20,000 nucleotides of DNA from an uncultured virus (IMG/VR IMGVR_UViG_3300008954_000034) (lineage: Duplodnaviria; Heunggongvirae; Uroviricota; Caudoviricetes), in IMG/VR virus record IMGVR_UViG_3300008954_000034, positions 57,955 through 77,954 of that record; one strand, given 5' to 3'. The notes under the pieces were generated by a model. That model had not been told where the DNA came from. It saw only the letters and a list, made by a program, of their open reading frames with translations, and did not search any database. Position 1 is the first letter of the stretch. Each line of letters opens with the position of its first letter. The position numbers and the translations under genes are program-made. Shown here piece after piece: positions 14,559 to 20,000 of the stretch.

Positions 14559-14899
14559 AGGTAATGCGACTCCGATTTCACTACGTGAGCTACTGGTGGA
14601 TCTTGATCTTGATCTACACTGATAACAACGCACACCATCGAAGGATTTTTACCTTCCTTCATGTAGTCTTCGCAGGTATTCCACTTACGATATGGCTCTA
14701 CCCAGAACTCAGCCCGCCAGTTCGACATCAGACGAACTAGGTCATCCTCGTAAACTGGACCGTTGCGCACGACGAAGCTATGTGTGGCCGGGTGGTTATT
14801 GACCCGAGCCTTAGTAATAACCGTGGCCAGTCGTAGCAGTGTACCAGCCACTAGCGCAGCGACCAGCAATAGACCAAGTAGATAAATTACGAATTCCAC
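14555..14899 (-). CDS. Hypothetical protein with N-terminal membrane anchor
   Basis: GTG at 14899 with SD GGAG; FVIYLLGLLLVAALVAG segment. Confidence 0.7.
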   Translation of the reverse strand: MEFVIYLLGLLLVAALVAGTLLRLATVITKARVNNHPATHSFVVRNGPVYEDDLVRLMSNWRAEFWVEPYRKWNTCEDYMKEGKNPSMVCVVISVDQDQDPPVAHVVKSESHYL

Positions 14900-14900
14900 A

Positions 14901-15176
14901 TCATCTCCGAATACCAAGTACAGTTCGAACCTCACGGGCCTTGTCTTTTCTTCCAAGGCAACGGCCACGGTCAACTCCCATGTCCCAGACCTTGATGTAC
15001 GCAGCGATGGACTTCTTTACCTGTTCCTCGCTGGTTTCCATGGGCAACGAAATGTGAAACCGGGTCTTGAGATCAGCCCCCTCACGGACATGCCAAACTA
15101 TCTGGGACTCAGTATCTTGGGTGGTGTCGTGGTTAATCCACCACCCCACAACGACATCAATAAGGTCGCTGAACAA
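14901..15176 (-). CDS. Hypothetical protein (probable paralog of 15179-15436)
   Basis: TTG start with SD AAGGAG. Confidence 0.75.
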   Translation of the reverse strand: MFSDLIDVVVGWWINHDTTQDTESQIVWHVREGADLKTRFHISLPMETSEEQVKKSIAAYIKVWDMGVDRGRCLGRKDKAREVRTVLGIRR

Positions 15177-15178
15177 GG

Positions 15179-15436
15179 TCAGTTCTCCTTGCCATAGCTA
15201 ACGCCCAGCAGAAACGCACGAAGGAGCTCGTTGGCGTGGTCCTGTACTTCAGTCTCGGACACCGATACGGAAAGAGAGAAGGTCACAAGCTCCGCCTGCG
15301 ACCATCGTTCGGTATAGATAACCCACGTCGTGACCTCTTCCGTACCCTCAGGGCGGAATGATCGAACTGACTCAACATAGAATCCGGGACGTAGTTCAAT
15401 CCGTTGTGGCTCGAATACAGCTCTCTTCCTCAGCAT
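15179..15436 (-). CDS. Hypothetical protein (probable paralog of 14901-15176)
   Basis: ATG with SD GAGGT. Confidence 0.75.
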   Translation of the reverse strand: MLRKRAVFEPQRIELRPGFYVESVRSFRPEGTEEVTTWVIYTERWSQAELVTFSLSVSVSETEVQDHANELLRAFLLGVSYGKEN

Positions 15437-15461
15437 TACGTCTGTACCTCTGTCTTGTGTT

Positions 15462-15517
15462 CAAGTACATTAAGAACTACAGAGTAAAGGATCAACTCAC
15501 TTCGCTCGGCTCTTAAG
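15462..15517 (-). promoter_or_regulatory. Degenerate promoter cassette
   Basis: TTGATC(15490-15495)-N17-TAATGT(15467-15472) then ACTTG; shares CTTAAGAGCCG with the flank of cassette 2. Confidence 0.4.
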
Positions 15518-15521
15518 AACA

Positions 15522-15731
15522 TCAACTGTCAAAGCACTCAATACCCATGATAACAAAGTACTCAGTGTCATGAGGTGGCGGCTTGTTGGGAACTGCGAAC
15601 CCTTTGGTGGCCAGCGCTCGGAGGTCGTTTAACTCCACCGACCGGCGTGCCGGTTGAATCGAACGCCGGGAATACAAGGTTTCCAGTAAAGATCTCTCCC
15701 GGGAGGTCAACTTCTTGTTCTTGTTTGCCAC
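15522..15731 (-). CDS. Small basic wHTH-like protein
   Basis: GTG start with SD AGGA; KLTSRERSLL...LRALATKG. Confidence 0.55.
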   Translation of the reverse strand: MANKNKKLTSRERSLLETLYSRRSIQPARRSVELNDLRALATKGFAVPNKPPPHDTEYFVIMGIECFDS

Positions 15732-15899
15732 GTTTGTTTTCCTGAGTATAACTGGTGAACTTTGATGTTTCATCAAGGACATACCGCTACTTAGCCATAC
15801 TGAGAGTTGCATCGACGCCACCACAATATGGTAAGAAGATAATATAGGTCTTTGTACTAAATCAAGTCAGATCTAGTTATGAAAGATTGAGAGGTCAAA

Positions 15900-15932
15900 C
15901 TAAAAGGGTCAGCAACACTACGGCTGACCCTT
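15900..15932 (-). terminator. Intrinsic terminator after groEL
   Basis: AAGGGTCAGC-N9-GCTGACCCTT followed by TTAGTTT. Confidence 0.75.
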
Positions 15933-15959
15933 AGAATAATCGTAAGTGAAATGGTTAGA

Positions 15960-17603
<1,644 letters not shown>

Positions 17604-17647
17604 CCTTCCTAACTCCTGAGTAATATCACATGAAGTACAACTTAGAC

Positions 17648-17947
17648 TTACTTCTCGATCACACCGAGAATGTCAGTGCGGTTGACCAACAGATACTTCT
17701 TGTTGTCGATGTCGACTTCCGTTCCGCCGTACTTCGCGAACAGAATCTGATCACCAACATTGACGATCTGTGACAACGGTTTACGGTTCTCACGCGTGTC
17801 AGTAATGTCGTCACCAACGGCGACTACCTCACCGATCTGAGGTTGTTCCTTGGAAACCGTGTCTGGGATGATAATCCCACCGCTGGTTTTCTCGTCCTTC
17901 TCTACTACGGTGAGAAGAACACGTTCATCAATCGGACGTACGTTCAT
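17648..17947 (-). CDS. groES: Co-chaperonin GroES
   Basis: [42 protein letters not shown]. Confidence 0.97.
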   Translation of the reverse strand: MNVRPIDERVLLTVVEKDEKTSGGIIIPDTVSKEQPQIGEVVAVGDDITDTRENRKPLSQIVNVGDQILFAKYGGTEVDIDNKKYLLVNRTDILGVIEK

Positions 17948-17990
17948 CGAGCTACTCCTCCTTCTATGTGGTTAGAATATGTCAATCTTA

Positions 17991-18311
17991 CTACTTAGAC
18001 TGCTGAATTACTTTCTCGGCCTTGGCCCACGCCACCAAAATCAGGTCGGTGGTGGCAAGTGAACACAATGTTTCAACCTCATCGTACGAGAGCTCGGCAG
18101 GAGAGAAAGGTTTAACAACCAGCTCACGCAGTTGAGTCATGAACTCTCGGATGTACCCAGCCTTTCCATGCGCCCAAATGAACACAGCATGTCTGGTCTG
18201 CTCGGAGCTGAGCTGCTGATCCGGTGGATCACCAACCAGAAACATCCCAGTCGGTGAGCAGTGAACATCGTCTGCACCGTAGGGTTCCAGCCACGAAAAG
18301 AGGTCCGGGGG
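17991..18311 (-). CDS. Hypothetical protein; frame open to 18311, possibly the 3' half of a frameshifted gene
   Basis: The frame extends 22 codons upstream of the ATG at 18245, to a CCCCC run. Confidence 0.6.
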   Translation of the reverse strand, partial: PPDLFSWLEPYGADDVHCSPTGMFLVGDPPDQQLSSEQTRHAVFIWAHGKAGYIREFMTQLRELVVKPFSPAELSYDEVETLCSLATTDLILVAWAKAEKVIQQSK

Positions 18312-18450
18312 TCAGCTGCGAAGGTTGGGGCTTAGTCAGCGACTTGAACGTTCCCCCGAAACGGAATGACCACTTCCAGTAAGAATCGCCTTTCTTAATA
18401 CCTTGGGCTGGGTAGTCCTTCCGTGCGCGTTGCTGTGTTGCTCGTGCCAT
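18229..18450 (-). CDS. Phage hypothetical protein (MARA...ARKDYP..GIKKGDSYW.W.FRFGG), truncated or frameshifted
   Basis: SD GGAGGT; the sequence looks less protein-like after PSQLTP. Confidence 0.65.
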   Translation of the reverse strand: MARATQQRARKDYPAQGIKKGDSYWKWSFRFGGTFKSLTKPQPSQLTPGPLFVAGTLRCRRCSLLTDWDVSGW

Positions 18451-18451
18451 G

Positions 18452-18622
18452 TCAATAACCTCCTTCAATCAGCGCCTTGCGATTTACAACCGCAAGATAT
18501 GTTTCTGGCTGTGGTGTTATGGTCGGATTGTCCGGTCGGACTTCCCATTCTTCTAACCAGTTAAGGTGATCGATAACCGCTGAAAACTTGATCAGAGTTG
18601 CGGTACCCGCTGGAAGTTTCAT
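18452..18622 (-). CDS. Small hypothetical protein (56 aa, MKLPAGTATLIKFSAVIDHLNWLEEW...)
   Basis: Below the ORF-track cutoff; fills the gap with 1-nt spacing on each side. Confidence 0.7.
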   Translation of the reverse strand: MKLPAGTATLIKFSAVIDHLNWLEEWEVRPDNPTITPQPETYLAVVNRKALIEGGY

Positions 18623-18623
18623 C

Positions 18624-18968
18624 TCAGTGGGCCGGTCGTAAAGCTGAACCCCGGTCGCCTTCCTGAAGGACGTGGTATCCGAGCTTGGCAGCCTTGCTTG
18701 CGCTGACTACCTCAATCCCAAATCCGTGAGAGTAGCTCTCATTAAACCCAATGAGATACCCAGACTCAAGTATCCACCAGATTGTTACGCTCTTACGCTG
18801 GCCGGGCCACCTTTTACTAGGATACCCGTACTCACCGTTAGAGCTGTAAGTCACGGCGACTAGCGTGTCAAAGTGACGAGACGCTGGTAGCTCGTTCGTC
18901 TCAAAGTATGATACAAGGTTGCTGGCTGGGATTGCGTTTCGTAGAGTTTCTCTCTTCTTCGATTCCAT
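18624..18968 (-). CDS. Hypothetical protein
   Basis: Start reassigned to MESKK (SD AGGAG), downstream of promoter 8. Confidence 0.75.
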   Translation of the reverse strand: MESKKRETLRNAIPASNLVSYFETNELPASRHFDTLVAVTYSSNGEYGYPSKRWPGQRKSVTIWWILESGYLIGFNESYSHGFGIEVVSASKAAKLGYHVLQEGDRGSALRPAH

Positions 18969-19005
18969 CTTACCATCTCCTGCGTTTCGGGGTGCTTGTA
19001 ACTCG

Positions 19006-19043
19006 CTCATGTACATGATAACATTTTAAGCATCTGAAAGCAA
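19006..19043 (-). promoter_or_regulatory. Promoter cassette 8 (no hairpin around the -35)
   Basis: TTGCTT(19038-19043)-N17-TATCAT(19015-19020) followed by GTACATGAG. Confidence 0.75.
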
Positions 19044-19057
19044 GAGTTATACGGGAG

Positions 19058-19342
19058 TTACTCAGGCTCTCCATAAGGCCAGTCCACCATCTCTATTGTC
19101 TGCCCAGCTAGTTTATGAGTACTGTCGTCCAAGTAACGAATCTGTCCATCAGTGATGAACAGGTGGCATCGATGCCCATTCGATCTGATGTCGCCGTGCG
19201 TCAGCACAGACGGTGTGATGGTTGGTTTCTCTGTATCCCCGTTCCACGACCAGCGCCCCGGCGACGTAATGATTCCGTGGGGCTCGTCGCACCCGGGGCA
19301 CCAGAAAAAGAGTTGTCCTCCTTGTACTGGCTGAACCTTCAC
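19058..19342 (-). CDS. DUF6527-family Cys/His protein
   Basis: FWCPGC..PH...WSWNGD..KPTITPSVL...RCHLFITDG.I.YL.DSTH.LAGQT. Confidence 0.75.
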   Translation of the reverse strand: MKVQPVQGGQLFFWCPGCDEPHGIITSPGRWSWNGDTEKPTITPSVLTHGDIRSNGHRCHLFITDGQIRYLDDSTHKLAGQTIEMVDWPYGEPE

Positions 19343-19962
19343 CGGATAGTACCAAGAGTCCGATGAGTTGTACCAGTCTTCCCAACCCCCGGAGGAAGTT
19401 CAGAAAATCCAATGTCAGTGGAAAGATCAACATGTATAGAATGTTGTTTCCGCATAGACACCGGATCAATCACCGTCCCCCTCTCTGGTATTGTACTCGT
19501 AGCTAGATAGCGTGTCTTATACTCAGGGTTTCGCAACCGCTGGTCACGCCGTGAATGTGGATACATCCGTTTGAATATCCCCCGAATGGTCTCTGGCTTG
19601 ACATCGCGGTGATACAGCATCATACAGTAGTTAGCAATGTCGACCACGTCGCCCTTGGGAATGTGCTCAACAAACATCCGAACAAGATCTTCTTCTGAGC
19701 AGATCTTGGGGTCGTCCCATCCGTGCTTGCCGTTCTCCTCACTCTGCCACTCCATCTCTTCGTTCATGGCAACTGAGAACTCCAGCACCGCCTGCTCGTC
19801 CTTACCGTCCATGGGAACTTGAGTATCGATCCAGTCACTGAGTCTAGAAACGGCGAAGAAAGTATCTTCTGGAATGTCCTCGATCTTCTTATCGCGGTCG
19901 AAAAGTACCGCTTCCAACAAGGGACGCAACTTGAACAACATGGTCTTCAACATGGTAGTCAT
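19339..19962 (-). CDS. Phage hypothetical protein with a possible MazG-like NTP-pyrophosphatase helical domain
   Basis: GWDD...L..MF.EH..KGD.VDIANYCMML motif; the functional call is tentative. Confidence 0.6.
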   Translation of the reverse strand: MTTMLKTMLFKLRPLLEAVLFDRDKKIEDIPEDTFFAVSRLSDWIDTQVPMDGKDEQAVLEFSVAMNEEMEWQSEENGKHGWDDPKICSEEDLVRMFVEHIPKGDVVDIANYCMMLYHRDVKPETIRGIFKRMYPHSRRDQRLRNPEYKTRYLATSTIPERGTVIDPVSMRKQHSIHVDLSTDIGFSELPPGVGKTGTTHRTLGTIR

Positions 19963-20000
19963 GTGCCTTTTCTCCCAACTAGTTGATCAACCCCAGCTGC

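Noticed and set aside
17955..17990. Heat-shock promoter or CIRCE upstream of groES
   Set aside because: TTGACA is present, but the -10 position falls on the SD and there is no TTAGCACTC-N9-GAGTGCTAA.

Overview
The window looks like part of a large (probably jumbo) bacteriophage genome; this is inferred from gene content, since no capsid, terminase or integrase gene is present. About 35 tightly packed genes all lie on the minus strand in the standard genetic code. Most are small hypotheticals. Recognisable products are groES-groEL, a DarG-like macro domain, a DUF4406/NDT-like protein, a GT2-like glycosyltransferase, a truncated HNH nuclease, a Spo11/TopoVI-A-like TOPRIM protein, a DUF6527 protein and several winged-HTH proteins. 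Two non-coding systems stand out. First, an rRNA-operon-like RNA cluster (about 2597-4333, minus strand) has a sigma70-type promoter, a leader hairpin and four boxA-like motifs that punctuate several unidentified structured RNAs, tRNA-Pro(UGG) and a tmRNA. Second, eight or more copies of a TTGnnn-N17-TATCAT promoter cassette occur; in seven of them the promoter is embedded in a covarying, G-U-tolerant terminator-like hairpin, and most carry a CATGTACATG palindrome. Other observations are a 27-bp repeat encoding DDETQLKFD in two unrelated genes and two apparent +1 frameshifts at G/C homopolymers.
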